Source: Gammaproteobacteria bacterium (GTDB lineage: Bacteria > Pseudomonadota > Gammaproteobacteria > UBA1113). From it: a stretch of 64,000 nt of DNA. The notes beneath the pieces are model-generated. The model saw only the letters and a program-made list of their open reading frames with translations, was not told the DNA's origin and made no database searches. The position numbers were made by a program, and so were the translations under genes. Within the stretch, counting starts at the first letter, position 1. Each line of letters starts with the position of its first letter. Location: NCBI GenBank assembly GCA_020051155.1, contig JAGVJK010000005.1:69404-133403 (forward strand), written 5' to 3'. Of the stretch, positions 19,290 through 28,729 are shown piece after piece.

Positions 19290-20806
19290 TTAAAGATCCT
19301 CTCTACGATCTGTTTATCATTGGCGGCGGTATTCACGGCGCGGGCATTGCCGCGGATGCAACCTTGCGTGGTTTGAGCGTCATTTTATGCGAGCAAGGCG
19401 ACTTGGCCTCGGGAACGTCTTCTCATTCAAGTAAATTGATTCATGGTGGCCTGCGTTATCTCGAGCAAAAAGAATTTTCCTTAGTGAGAAAGTCTTTAAA
19501 AGAACGTGATGTGTTGCATCAGAAAGCCTCTTATTTAGTGAGACCTCTGCGTTTTGTGATTCCACAGCAGCCACAAATGGGACGACCTTCATGGCTGATT
19601 TGGTTGGGATTAAAATTGTATGATCATTTATATCACTCCAAGTTTTTTTTATCATCCCAGACCATGAGAGATAAGATTTTTTCAGTGCCGTTAAAAGCAG
19701 CTTTTCAAAAAGGATTTATTTATTCAGATGCTCAGACTAGTGACGCGCGCCTGGTGATTACCAATGCCATCGCTGCGCATCAGAAAGGTGCAGATATTTA
19801 TACGCGCACGCGTTTTGAGACTGCACAGCCAATGGGGAATTATTGGTTAGTGACAGTACGAGATTTATTAACGGAACAAACTCGCACGATACGAGCGAAA
19901 TGTTTAGTGAATGCGGCGGGTCCTTGGTTAGATGATGTATTGATGAATCGCCTGCATCTGACTCATGAGAAAAAACTGCAATTGGTCAAAGGCAGTCATC
20001 TTATTCTTAAACGATTTTATCAAGGTGAGCATGGGTATTTGTTTCAACACACCGATGGTCGGATTGTTTTCGTCGTGCCGTATCAACATGATTTTGTGTT
20101 AATTGGTACAACGGATGTTTTATTTGAAGAATCGATGGGTAATCCAAAGACTGTCATCACAGCCAGCGTGGAAGAGGAGCAATACTTATTACGATTGGTG
20201 AATGAGTATTTCCAACAAACATTGTGTCACGAAGATATTCTTTATCGTTATGCTGGTGTACGTCCTTTAGTAGCGGGAGATAAAGATAATATTTCAAAAC
20301 AATCTCGAGATTATCGATGTGTGGTACAAGAAGAGCAGGGCTTGCCGTTATTATCGATAGTAGGTGGTAAGCTCACAACTTATCGTCAAGTCGCCGAGGA
20401 TGCGTTGAATTTATTACAACCTTATTTTCCAAAAATGAAACCTTGCACCACTCAGCATGCTTTATTGCCTGGAGCGGTAATAGCAATAGACGAAGTTAGC
20501 TATGAACAATCTTTTTTACGGCGATACTCATGGTTACCACCAGAGTTGGCTCAACGTTATCTACGCAGCTATGGTATGCGTGCAGAATTATTTTTAGGAG
20601 AAACTCATTCTTTACCAGAGCTAGGCATACATTTTGGCTGCGGCCTTTACCAAGCTGAAGTGGATTATCTGATCCGGGAAGAGTGGGCCCAAACCAGCGA
20701 TGATATCCTCTGGCGTCGCACAGTGTTAGGCTTGAGGATGACTTTGCCACAGGCGGTAGAGCTGGAGAATTATGTGTTAGAAAAAAAATGGACCTATTCT
20801 TCTTAA
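19286..20806 (+). CDS. glpD: FAD-dependent glycerol-3-phosphate dehydrogenase
   Basis: Dinucleotide-binding start DLFIIGGGIHGAGIAADA, SSKLIHGGLRYLE, and GlpD-like length. Confidence 0.9.
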   Translation: MIKDPLYDLFIIGGGIHGAGIAADATLRGLSVILCEQGDLASGTSSHSSKLIHGGLRYLEQKEFSLVRKSLKERDVLHQKASYLVRPLRFVIPQQPQMGRPSWLIWLGLKLYDHLYHSKFFLSSQTMRDKIFSVPLKAAFQKGFIYSDAQTSDARLVITNAIAAHQKGADIYTRTRFETAQPMGNYWLVTVRDLLTEQTRTIRAKCLVNAAGPWLDDVLMNRLHLTHEKKLQLVKGSHLILKRFYQGEHGYLFQHTDGRIVFVVPYQHDFVLIGTTDVLFEESMGNPKTVITASVEEEQYLLRLVNEYFQQTLCHEDILYRYAGVRPLVAGDKDNISKQSRDYRCVVQEEQGLPLLSIVGGKLTTYRQVAEDALNLLQPYFPKMKPCTTQHALLPGAVIAIDEVSYEQSFLRRYSWLPPELAQRYLRSYGMRAELFLGETHSLPELGIHFGCGLYQAEVDYLIREEWAQTSDDILWRRTVLGLRMTLPQAVELENYVLEKKWTYSS

Positions 20807-20834
20807 TACTGACTTAATAAAATTTTGTTAAAAT
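20802..20834 (+). promoter_or_regulatory. Tandem CTTAAT direct repeat (PmrA-box-like) plus a -10-like hexamer
   Basis: The sequence reads CTTAATACT-ga-CTTAATAAA, then 7 nt, then TAAAAT. It lies 60 nt upstream of the ATG at 20894. The same geometry occurs at 44266-44298. Confidence 0.4.
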
Positions 20835-20893
20835 CAATTCGGCGTTGATGGCCAATAGTTATATTTTTTTAATTAGAATATGGGGATAGATAG

Positions 20894-22033
20894 ATGGTTG
20901 AGGCTTTAGAAAATGAAAGCAATGCTGAGTTAAAAGACACACTCATAAATCTTTCTGAGAATGAGTTAGCTCCACTTCCAGACTCTGATGATGCAGAGCT
21001 GGTGAGTGCTGTGAATGCATTATTTCTCTCTGAAGATATGCTCCCCCCCGAAAAAAAGGATGAAGCTGCAGTTGCCGATGCTGAATCCCTTTCAATAGAT
21101 GAAGGACAAGAAGAGACAAACGACATTATTGACGATGATCCTGAATTCCCATCCTCTCGAGTACAACCGCCCCCATCTTTCTCTGAAACCGTTTCAAGTG
21201 ATTTTTATGGTATTGTGCTTCCTGCTTTCACCAGCAACGCAGCATGGCAATTATTAATCTTAACCGCATTTCCCTACATGCCATCACCTATCTTTAGAAC
21301 TTTAGCCATTGCTGGAGCTATTGGTGGTGCTTGCTCTTTAACAGATGCACTCACTCAAATTACACAAGATGTTCGCCCATGGGGTGTGGCAACCAAAGGT
21401 TATTTTCAAGAAGGAGCCTGGAAAAGCACAGCAGCATTAGTCATTAAATTTTTGTTTGCTGCAGCCGGGTTTTCTACAATGTATAATACCGGTCGTCATT
21501 TTTATCCGATGAATTTATTAAAAGATATGCTGATTCGCGCAGGTTTTTCCGCGGCCGGTTCCTCCGCAGGTGTTGCGATGGGGTATCTGTTAGTGACACA
21601 AGCTCAAAAATGTTTACAGCAAGTTGAGAAAAAACCGGAAGATAACAGGGCCTTTGTCCGAGTTGTTACAAGTTGTGCGCCAGAGGCCTTTGCTTGGTCG
21701 ATGGTGGCAGATGCTAATCTCACCAGTATGTTTACCGAAGAGTTATATAACAAATTTGATGAAGGGGCCTTACGCGATGCTCTCGTCGTGCTTGCGCAAC
21801 TGGCGGATGCTTTGAGTGTCGGCACGTACTCTGCTTTTTTCTATTTGCTGAATGTTATGGCGTTTACTGCGTTTGTCTTGTTTGTGGTCCCTAAAATAAT
21901 TGAGTGTTGTAGCTCGCGATTTGATTCAGGCACTCAAGCGGAGAATCAAGAACTCATGATTGAGCTAGGTACGCCGGGAGAGGTTGCTCAGGCAGATGAG
22001 CTTAAACCTTTAGCTGCCTCTCTCACGCCCTAA
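20894..22033 (+). CDS. Hypothetical polytopic membrane protein with an acidic N-terminal head
   Basis: A 379-aa ORF. The first ~95 aa are rich in D and E, and at least five hydrophobic segments follow. I recognise no family. Confidence 0.55.
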   Translation: MVEALENESNAELKDTLINLSENELAPLPDSDDAELVSAVNALFLSEDMLPPEKKDEAAVADAESLSIDEGQEETNDIIDDDPEFPSSRVQPPPSFSETVSSDFYGIVLPAFTSNAAWQLLILTAFPYMPSPIFRTLAIAGAIGGACSLTDALTQITQDVRPWGVATKGYFQEGAWKSTAALVIKFLFAAAGFSTMYNTGRHFYPMNLLKDMLIRAGFSAAGSSAGVAMGYLLVTQAQKCLQQVEKKPEDNRAFVRVVTSCAPEAFAWSMVADANLTSMFTEELYNKFDEGALRDALVVLAQLADALSVGTYSAFFYLLNVMAFTAFVLFVVPKIIECCSSRFDSGTQAENQELMIELGTPGEVAQADELKPLAASLTP

Positions 22034-22080
22034 AAAATCGTGCTATACTCCGCCCAGTTTTATCAAAGAGGAGTACCAAA

Positions 22081-22587
22081 ATGGTTATTTTAGAAACAAA
22101 TCACGGCCCAATTAAAATAGAATTAGACTTCGAAAACACTCCAAACACCGCGGAAAACTTTCAACAGTATGTGGAAGAGGGCTTTTTTGATAACACTATT
22201 TTTCATCGTGTTATCGATGGTTTTATGATTCAAGGCGGCGGTTTTACTCCTGATATGAGCCAAAAAACCACCCGTGCAGCTATTAAAAATGAAGCAAAAA
22301 CCAGCAAGCCCAATGTGAAAGGTAGCATTGCTATGGCACGAACAGGCAATCCTCATTCTGCAACAGCTCAGTTTTTTATTAATGTTGCAAACAATGCTTT
22401 TTTAAACTTCCGTAGCGAATCTCCCGATGGTTGGGGATACTGCGTATTTGGTCAAGTGGTTGAAGGGATGGATATTGTGGATGCTATCAAAGGCGTTGCC
22501 ACCACCTCCAAGCACGGTCACGATGATGTGCCAGTAGAAGCAGTAATCATTGAACGAGCTTATATCGCTGACGATAAAGCGGAGTAA
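22081..22587 (+). CDS. ppiB: Peptidyl-prolyl cis-trans isomerase, cyclophilin type
   Basis: Motifs [21 protein letters not shown] and SATAQFFIN. Confidence 0.92.
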   Translation: MVILETNHGPIKIELDFENTPNTAENFQQYVEEGFFDNTIFHRVIDGFMIQGGGFTPDMSQKTTRAAIKNEAKTSKPNVKGSIAMARTGNPHSATAQFFINVANNAFLNFRSESPDGWGYCVFGQVVEGMDIVDAIKGVATTSKHGHDDVPVEAVIIERAYIADDKAE

Positions 22588-22591
22588 GGCT

Positions 22592-23098
22592 ATGAGCGGC
22601 ACAGTACAGCCCTTAGTTGGGATTATCATGGGATCCAAAAGTGATTGGGAAACGCTGGAATTTACAGCGAATCTATTAACACAATTGCAGGTTCCCTTTG
22701 AAGCGAAGATTGTTTCAGCGCATCGCACGCCGGATCGCATGTTTGATTATGCAGAAAAAGCGGCGGAACGCGGTTTGGAAATTATCATTGCCGGTGCCGG
22801 CGGTGCGGCGCATTTGCCAGGCATGGTTGCTGCCAAAACAGCATTGCCTGTGATCGGCGTACCCGTGCAATCAAAGGCATTGCAAGGAATGGATTCTCTG
22901 TTATCCATTGTGCAAATGCCCGGTGGTATTCCCGTGGCGACGATGGCTATCGGTCAAGCGGGCGCCATTAATGCGGCACTCTTTGCAGCAGCGGTATTAG
23001 CCAATAAATATCCCGCGATTAAAGAACACGTCTTAGCGTTTCGTGCACGACAAACTCAGCAAGTGCTTGCTGCCGATGATCCAAGGGCAGGTGCTTAA
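22592..23098 (+). CDS. purE: N5-carboxyaminoimidazole ribonucleotide mutase
   Basis: Motifs GSKSDW, SAHRTP and AGGAAHLPG. The start was taken at the internal ATG at 22592. Confidence 0.92.
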   Translation: MSGTVQPLVGIIMGSKSDWETLEFTANLLTQLQVPFEAKIVSAHRTPDRMFDYAEKAAERGLEIIIAGAGGAAHLPGMVAAKTALPVIGVPVQSKALQGMDSLLSIVQMPGGIPVATMAIGQAGAINAALFAAAVLANKYPAIKEHVLAFRARQTQQVLAADDPRAGA

Positions 23099-24186
23099 TG
23101 AAGATTGGTATTCTTGGCGGAGGACAGTTGGCTTACATGTTAAGTATGGCAGCCTCTCCCTTAGGATTATCAACATTGTGTTATGAACCTGCAGTACCTG
23201 CCTGTGCAGCGCGTGTGACGGATGTGATCACGGCGTCTTATACGGACGTCGAAGCGTTACGTGCTTTTGCCCAGCAAGTGGATGTGATTACCTTTGAAAC
23301 GGAAAATATCACACCAGAAATTTTTTCTATTTTAGCCGAAGAGCAACATAAATTTGCTCCGCATCAAAATGCATTGCTGGTGGCTCAAGATCGGTTGCTC
23401 GAAAAAAATTGTCTTAATCAATTGGGGATTGCCACAGCACCTTATGAGGCGGTGGATTCTCTAGCGTCTTTGACGGAAGCAGCACATAAGCTTGGTTACC
23501 CCTGCGTCTTAAAAACTCGACGAGGCGGCTATGATGGCAAAGGACAAAGTGTTTTGCGTTCTGATGAAGATTTATCGCAAGCCTTTGCGAGCTTGGGATC
23601 TCAACCCTTATTGCTGGAAGGATTTGTTCCTTTTAGCATGGAAGTGTCAATGCTCGCAGTGCGTGATCAAGCGGGCACTGTTAAAACCTATCCCTTAGTT
23701 GCGAACACACATCATCAAGGTATTTTACGCGAATCCTCTGCGCCCTTTGAGCACTCGGCATTGTACCAGCAAGCAGTTCATGCGGCACAAAAGTTATTAG
23801 ATCACTTACAGTATGTAGGCGTGATGGCCATTGAATTTTTTGTCGTGAATGATCAATTGGTGGCGAATGAAATTGCGCCGCGAGTTCATAACACGGGACA
23901 CTGGACCATAGAAGGTGCGGTGACGAGTCAATTTGAAAATCACATTCGTGCTATTGCTGGTTTGCCCTTAGGTGATTGCTCAGCAAGAGGCTACAGTTAT
24001 TTGTTAAATATTATTGGCGAAGAACCCAAGCTGCAACCACTATTAAACATTGCTGGTTTACACTATCACACCTACGGCAAAGCACCGCGACCACAACGCA
24101 AGTTGGGGCACGTGACATTATGTCATGATGATCCGTTACAATTAGAAAAAATGCGAAAACAAGCTCAAGCACTGATCGGTGTGTGA
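23098..24186 (+). CDS. purK: N5-carboxyaminoimidazole ribonucleotide synthase
   Basis: ATP-grasp protein (GYDGKGQ, EFFV...NE.APR.HNTGH). It is coupled to purE by a TAATG overlap. Confidence 0.9.
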   Translation: MKIGILGGGQLAYMLSMAASPLGLSTLCYEPAVPACAARVTDVITASYTDVEALRAFAQQVDVITFETENITPEIFSILAEEQHKFAPHQNALLVAQDRLLEKNCLNQLGIATAPYEAVDSLASLTEAAHKLGYPCVLKTRRGGYDGKGQSVLRSDEDLSQAFASLGSQPLLLEGFVPFSMEVSMLAVRDQAGTVKTYPLVANTHHQGILRESSAPFEHSALYQQAVHAAQKLLDHLQYVGVMAIEFFVVNDQLVANEIAPRVHNTGHWTIEGAVTSQFENHIRAIAGLPLGDCSARGYSYLLNIIGEEPKLQPLLNIAGLHYHTYGKAPRPQRKLGHVTLCHDDPLQLEKMRKQAQALIGV

Positions 24187-24194
24187 TTGTTCGT

Positions 24195-24665
24195 TTAAAA
24201 ACTTACGGTAATTGTGATTTGTTTTGCAGGGCAATTAGAACTACTACTGAGATCAAATCCCGCCTGTTTTAATTCATTATAAAACTGCGAGCAAATCGCA
24301 GCAGGTGGTGAAGCAATATAAATGTAATAGGTTAAAGCCGTCGTATTGATTACTGGACAAATGGATTGACCATATTGGCAAGGTGATGCCGAAGCTGGCC
24401 AGGGGGTTTGCACATCCACCGTAGAGACATACTTATTTGTTACCAAATTAGGAAAAGATTGCCCAGAGGGTGGGGTGTTTTGTTGTAGATAAAGGATCAA
24501 TCCTTGATTAACATTTTTGACTCGCTCAATGGCTTGTACCACCTCTGCGGAAGACTCATCATTTTTAAAAAAACGCCCGACTGCAATCATGATAACAGCC
24601 ACCACCGCTAACCATAGCAGCAGCTCTAGCATACTCAATCCATGTCGCTTTTTAACCATCATCAT
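24195..24665 (-). CDS. Type IV pilin / pseudopilin-like protein
   Basis: Class III signal peptide KKRHG|LSMLELLLWLAVVAVI with Gly at -1 and Glu at +5. It has four Cys in the C-terminal half. No pilus assembly genes lie nearby. Confidence 0.7.
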   Translation of the reverse strand: MMMVKKRHGLSMLELLLWLAVVAVIMIAVGRFFKNDESSAEVVQAIERVKNVNQGLILYLQQNTPPSGQSFPNLVTNKYVSTVDVQTPWPASASPCQYGQSICPVINTTALTYYIYIASPPAAICSQFYNELKQAGFDLSSSSNCPAKQITITVSF

Positions 24666-24773
24666 GGATTTAATCCTAGCGGATTTGCTTTGGATTCACA
24701 ATTCTTATTTCTCTTCAGCCGATAAAATGATAGACTTCCCGCAATTATTTTAGCAACGGAGATAGAGACCATC

Positions 24774-26030
24774 ATGGCTTACCAACACATCCAAGTACCA
24801 ACTTCTGGTGAAAAGATAACAAAAAATGCTGATTTATCGCTCAATATTCCCAATCATCCCATTATTCCCTTTATTGAAGGTGATGGCATTGGTGCAGATA
24901 TTACGCCAGTTATGAAAAAAGTGGTGGATGCTGCCGTTGAAAAGGCATACCACGGCAAGCGAAGCATTGTTTGGATGGAAATCTACACCGGCGAAAAAGC
25001 TACGAAAGTGTATGGTAGTGATCAGTGGTTGCCGAAGGAAACTCTCGATGCTATTAGAGAATATATCATTGCCATTAAAGGTCCTTTAACCACGCCCGTG
25101 GGCGGCGGTATTCGCTCCTTGAATGTGGCGTTGCGCCAAGAGTTAGATTTATATACTTGCTTGCGCCCAGTGCGTTATTTTGCGGGAACGCCAAGCCCCT
25201 TGAAAGAGCCGGAAAAAACTAACATGGTGATCTTCCGTGAAAACGCTGAAGATATTTATGCCGGTATCGAATGGCAAGCAGATTCCGCAGAGGCGAAGAA
25301 GGTTATTGATTTCCTGCGCACAGAAATGAAAGTGTCTAAGATTCGTTTTCCCCAACATTGTGGAATTGGGATTAAGCCTGTTTCCAAAGAGGGTACCTCT
25401 CGTTTAGTCACTCGTGCTATACAGTATGCCATTGATCATGATCGTTCGTCGGTTACCTTGGTACACAAAGGTAATATTATGAAATTTACGGAAGGCGCCT
25501 TTAAAGACTGGGGATACGAAGTTGCTCGCGAACGCTTTGGCGCAACGCTACATGAAGGCGGACCTTGGCATGTGTTAAAAAATCCAAAGACTGGCAAAAA
25601 CATTATTATCAAAGATGTGATTGCTGACGCATTCTTGCAACAGATTTTATTACGTCCGGAAGATTATGATGTAATTGCTACCTTGAATTTAAATGGCGAT
25701 TACATTTCTGATGCCTTAGCAGCGCAAGTAGGCGGGATTGGTATTGCGCCAGGCGCTAACATTGGCGATACAGCGGCGGTATTCGAAGCGACCCACGGTA
25801 CAGCACCTAAGTATGCCGGTCAAAACAAAGTAAACCCAGGCTCTTTGATTTTGTCCGCAGAAATGATGCTGCGTTACCTTGGATGGACAGAGGCAGCAGA
25901 TTTAATTATTCACGGCGTTGAAGGTGCGATTGCAGCAAAAACCGTGACTTATGATTTTGAGCGATTAATGCCGGGATCTAAATTACTAAGCTGCTCAGAG
26001 TTCGGTGACGCGATTATTGCTAAGATGTAA
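24774..26030 (+). CDS. icd: NADP-dependent isocitrate dehydrogenase
   Basis: The [20 protein letters not shown] phosphorylation-loop region, [14 protein letters not shown], and a length of 418 aa. Confidence 0.93.
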   Translation: MAYQHIQVPTSGEKITKNADLSLNIPNHPIIPFIEGDGIGADITPVMKKVVDAAVEKAYHGKRSIVWMEIYTGEKATKVYGSDQWLPKETLDAIREYIIAIKGPLTTPVGGGIRSLNVALRQELDLYTCLRPVRYFAGTPSPLKEPEKTNMVIFRENAEDIYAGIEWQADSAEAKKVIDFLRTEMKVSKIRFPQHCGIGIKPVSKEGTSRLVTRAIQYAIDHDRSSVTLVHKGNIMKFTEGAFKDWGYEVARERFGATLHEGGPWHVLKNPKTGKNIIIKDVIADAFLQQILLRPEDYDVIATLNLNGDYISDALAAQVGGIGIAPGANIGDTAAVFEATHGTAPKYAGQNKVNPGSLILSAEMMLRYLGWTEAADLIIHGVEGAIAAKTVTYDFERLMPGSKLLSCSEFGDAIIAKM

Positions 26031-26040
26031 TTGTTATGTT

Positions 26041-26173
26041 GTCATCCTGAGTGAAGTCGAAGGATCTCCGTCGTACAGAGAGCGTTCTGTTCAAACAGTT
26101 GGGCTAAAGATCTAGAAAACGTCGAAATTTTTCTCTCCGTAAGATGGGGATCCTTCGACTAGCTCAGGATGAC
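26041..26173. repeat. Complete GTCATCCTGAG..GAAGTCGAAGGATC palindromic element (133 bp)
   Basis: The left arm GTCATCCTGAGTGAAGTCGAAGGATC and the right arm GATCCTTCGACTAGCTCAGGATGAC are inverted repeats. It begins 10 nt after the icd stop. Confidence 0.8.
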
Positions 26174-26254
26174 AGGAAGGGAGGTCCGGATGACAGTAGG
26201 GGAGGTCCGGATGACAAGAAGAGATCTGGGGATAACAAGAGAGGGTGGATGACA
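26167..26254. repeat. About 21-bp tandem repeat array seeded by the element end (GGATGACA units)
   Basis: GGATGACA recurs at 26167, 26188, 26209 and 26247, with a degenerate GGGATAACA near 26228. GGAGGTCC occurs between units. Confidence 0.7.
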
Positions 26255-26306
26255 TCGGTACAATAGAGAGTCTTTCTCCCCTCCCGTCGCTCTACTATGT
26301 CCTCTC

Positions 26307-26621
26307 TCAAATACAATGCGGCGGTTTCGGTAATCCCGCAATTTTACAACCTTGCTTTACCGGCCCTTGTGGAAATAAGGTATAAAGATACGGACTATTC
26401 GTTTTCTCCGGCGGTAATACTTCACGCAATTGTTTCACTAAGATTCGCATGATGGGGGTATGATTATATTCTTGATAAAAATATCGTAGGTAGCGCAGAA
26501 CTTGCCAGTGATCCTCTGTCAGAATGATGTGTTCTTCCGTCGCAATCTCTTGCGCAACGTCCTCATTCCATGCATGCCAGTCAACTAAGTAACCTTGCAT
26601 TGTGCGCTCCAAGGCTCTCAT
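26307..26621 (-). CDS. tusE: Sulfurtransferase TusE / DsrC family
   Basis: DsrC-like, with the conserved penultimate Cys (...PKPPHCI). It lies adjacent to tusBCD. Confidence 0.85.
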   Translation of the reverse strand: MRALERTMQGYLVDWHAWNEDVAQEIATEEHIILTEDHWQVLRYLRYFYQEYNHTPIMRILVKQLREVLPPEKTNSPYLYTLFPQGPVKQGCKIAGLPKPPHCI

Positions 26622-26625
26622 CTTG

Positions 26626-26898
26626 TTACCAACTAATCACAGGCGAATGCGCTAAACTCAAATCCACAAAGTCTGCATAGGAAATCAGTTGGATCCCCTC
26701 ATGCATTTTTTGCGATAAACCACGAGCAGCAACATCCGGCAATAACGCATAACAATTCTGAGTGCGTTGCAAGAGTGTTTCACAAGCCGTAGCAACGCCA
26801 CAATAAACCCCATCTTCGATGAGCAAGACCGCGTCGCTTGCCCGAATCAATGCTATTTGCGAAGCTGTAACAACAGATTGATTCACAATATGCAACAT
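26626..26898 (-). CDS. tusB: Sulfurtransferase complex subunit TusB / DsrH
   Basis: The MLHIVNQS start resembles E. coli TusB. The ATG at 26898 lies 2 nt after the tusC stop. Confidence 0.8.
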   Translation of the reverse strand: MLHIVNQSVVTASQIALIRASDAVLLIEDGVYCGVATACETLLQRTQNCYALLPDVAARGLSQKMHEGIQLISYADFVDLSLAHSPVISW

Positions 26899-26900
26899 AA

Positions 26901-27260
26901 TCAAAACACCCAACTAAAATCGCACGCAGCGATACGCGTTGACAACTCATCCGCCGTCACACATTCAACAGAAATGGCTAAATCCTCAATCGTTAATCCA
27001 CGTTGCTCTAAATCCTGCTGCAACACTAATGGGGGCGAAATGTCGTAAAGAGGCAACGCCTTTAATCCCTTGCTATGATCCTTAAATCCAAGCGCTTCAG
27101 GTTGTTGCTCGCGCACTAATTGCCATACACCCTCACCAATAAAACACAAAAGAATTTGATGCTCTAACGCCGCTAGCAATTGTGCTGCTTCCACACCTTC
27201 TCGTGCAGTACTACCACCATAAGGTGCATGTTGTAACAAGCAAGCGATCTTCTTACTCAT
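26901..27260 (-). CDS. tusC: Sulfurtransferase complex subunit TusC / DsrF
   Basis: DsrE/F fold (APYG motif). The ATG at 27260 is embedded in the tusD stop region (ATGAGTAA). Confidence 0.8.
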   Translation of the reverse strand: MSKKIACLLQHAPYGGSTAREGVEAAQLLAALEHQILLCFIGEGVWQLVREQQPEALGFKDHSKGLKALPLYDISPPLVLQQDLEQRGLTIEDLAISVECVTADELSTRIAACDFSWVF

Positions 27261-27624
27261 GGCCAAACACCAACACGCGATGAGACTGAGCGTAGGCCTC
27301 TGCCAAAGTACCTAATCCTGTCAATTGAAAAGGCGATAGGGGAGGGTGATGTTCATCATGTCCTCGACGTTGCGCCGAGCCAGAACAAAGCATCAAGTGA
27401 AACCCATGCTCGCGTGCCAACTGTTGCCAGCAAGCATCCAAATTGATTTCATCCTGCGGAATTTCACCCGTAGCAAAGCCATGGTAAGCACCATTACCAT
27501 AGAAAAAAACTTGCAAGATACGATGGTGTTTGGCCAAGGCAGCCTGCGCAAAATGATAAGCGCTCAGACTGCCTTGGCTAGAAGAGGGTGCGCTAAGCAC
27601 CACCAAGGAAAAGATGGCTGACAT
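27253..27624 (-). CDS. tusD: Sulfurtransferase TusD / DsrE
   Basis: DsrE family with the active-site region LMLCSGSAQRRG. It is the first tus gene of the tusDCB run. Confidence 0.85.
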   Translation of the reverse strand: MSAIFSLVVLSAPSSSQGSLSAYHFAQAALAKHHRILQVFFYGNGAYHGFATGEIPQDEINLDACWQQLAREHGFHLMLCSGSAQRRGHDEHHPPLSPFQLTGLGTLAEAYAQSHRVLVFGHE

Positions 27625-27625
27625 T

Positions 27626-28303
27626 TTAATCGCGATTGCCGCTAAACATGGCGAATAAGTTGAGTAAGCTCAAAAATAAATTATACAAAGATACGTACAA
27701 AGTAATGGTCGCCATGATGTAATTGGTTTCACCACCATGAATGATTTCACTAGTTTGAAACAAAATCATACCGGAGGAGATAATAACGAATAAACCAGAA
27801 ACCACCACATTTAACATAGGGACATGAAGGAAGAGAGTGGCGATGCTAGCAATAAAACCAATGATGAGCCCTACAAACAAAAAGCTACGTAAGAAACTAA
27901 AGTCTTTACGAGTGGTTAAGGCATAACCGGATAACACTAAGAAAGTCAAGCCGGTGCTGCCTAAGGCCATCATTACCAATTCACTGCCATTCGCAAATTG
28001 ACGAATGTACATATTCAAAATAGGACCGAGGGTGTATCCCATAAAACCGGTTAAGGCAAACACTAACACAATACCCCAACCACTGTTACGAACCCGTTGC
28101 GTCGCAAACAAAAGACCGAAATAACCAATGAGGGTAATAAACGGATTGAGAGGCGGAGTGTTGAATGCCATCGCCAAACCGGAGGTTGCTGCACTGAATA
28201 ACAATGTTAAGGAAAGAAGCAAATACGTATTGCGTAATACCGCATTGCTGGCCAAAATGGATTCTTTACTGCGCGTAATCGCGGAGGGAGTTCGTTGTTG
28301 CAT
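27626..28303 (-). CDS. yccA: BAX inhibitor-1 / YccA family membrane protein
   Basis: Seven hydrophobic segments, a typical N-terminus (NTYLLLSLTLLFSA) and a YccA-like C-terminus. Neighbouring tusE and tRNA-Ser mirror the E. coli layout. Confidence 0.85.
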   Translation of the reverse strand: MQQRTPSAITRSKESILASNAVLRNTYLLLSLTLLFSAATSGLAMAFNTPPLNPFITLIGYFGLLFATQRVRNSGWGIVLVFALTGFMGYTLGPILNMYIRQFANGSELVMMALGSTGLTFLVLSGYALTTRKDFSFLRSFLFVGLIIGFIASIATLFLHVPMLNVVVSGLFVIISSGMILFQTSEIIHGGETNYIMATITLYVSLYNLFLSLLNLFAMFSGNRD

Positions 28304-28615
28304 GCTAAGTTAGCTCCTCTTTGAGGGTTAAAAATTTGACTGCACGAGGGATACTATAAGGAAGTAACAACTTATTATCAAGTTTTTGCTTTTCTAACAA
28401 CAAGTTTTGCGGTAGGATGTGCAGACAAGGGGATGATTTGTATCTTGTTCGGTTAGGAAAGCCGAGAAGATATGAACCCTCTCTCGCCAAGGACGGTCAG
28501 AGCGGTGTATTTTCCAAAGAAGAATTTTTGGCTTTGATCGTGACGTTGCGCCTTCATTTTAGGCAAATCTAATCATCACAGCTAAAAGTTGATAAAGAAT
28601 CTATAAGAGTTTCTT

Positions 28616-28706
28616 GGAGAGGTGGCTGAGCGGTTTAAAGCGGCGGTCTTGAAAACCGTTGAGGGGTACTCCCCCTCCCAGGGTTCGAATCCCTGCCTCT
28701 CCGCCA
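28616..28706 (+). tRNA. tRNA-Ser (anticodon UGA), long variable arm, CCA encoded
   Basis: Acceptor GGAGAGG/CCTCTCC, anticodon loop CTTGAAA, T-arm GGTTCGAATCC. It is close to E. coli serT, as I recall it. Confidence 0.92.
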
Positions 28707-28729
28707 CTGAACAATATGGAGTGTTTATC

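Noticed and set aside
26167-26254. Possible CRISPR array suggested by the regularly spaced GGATGACA repeats.
   Set aside because: The period is only about 21 bp, so there is no room for spacers. The units are degenerate and continuous with the arm of a palindromic element, and no cas genes are present. It is a simple tandem repeat.
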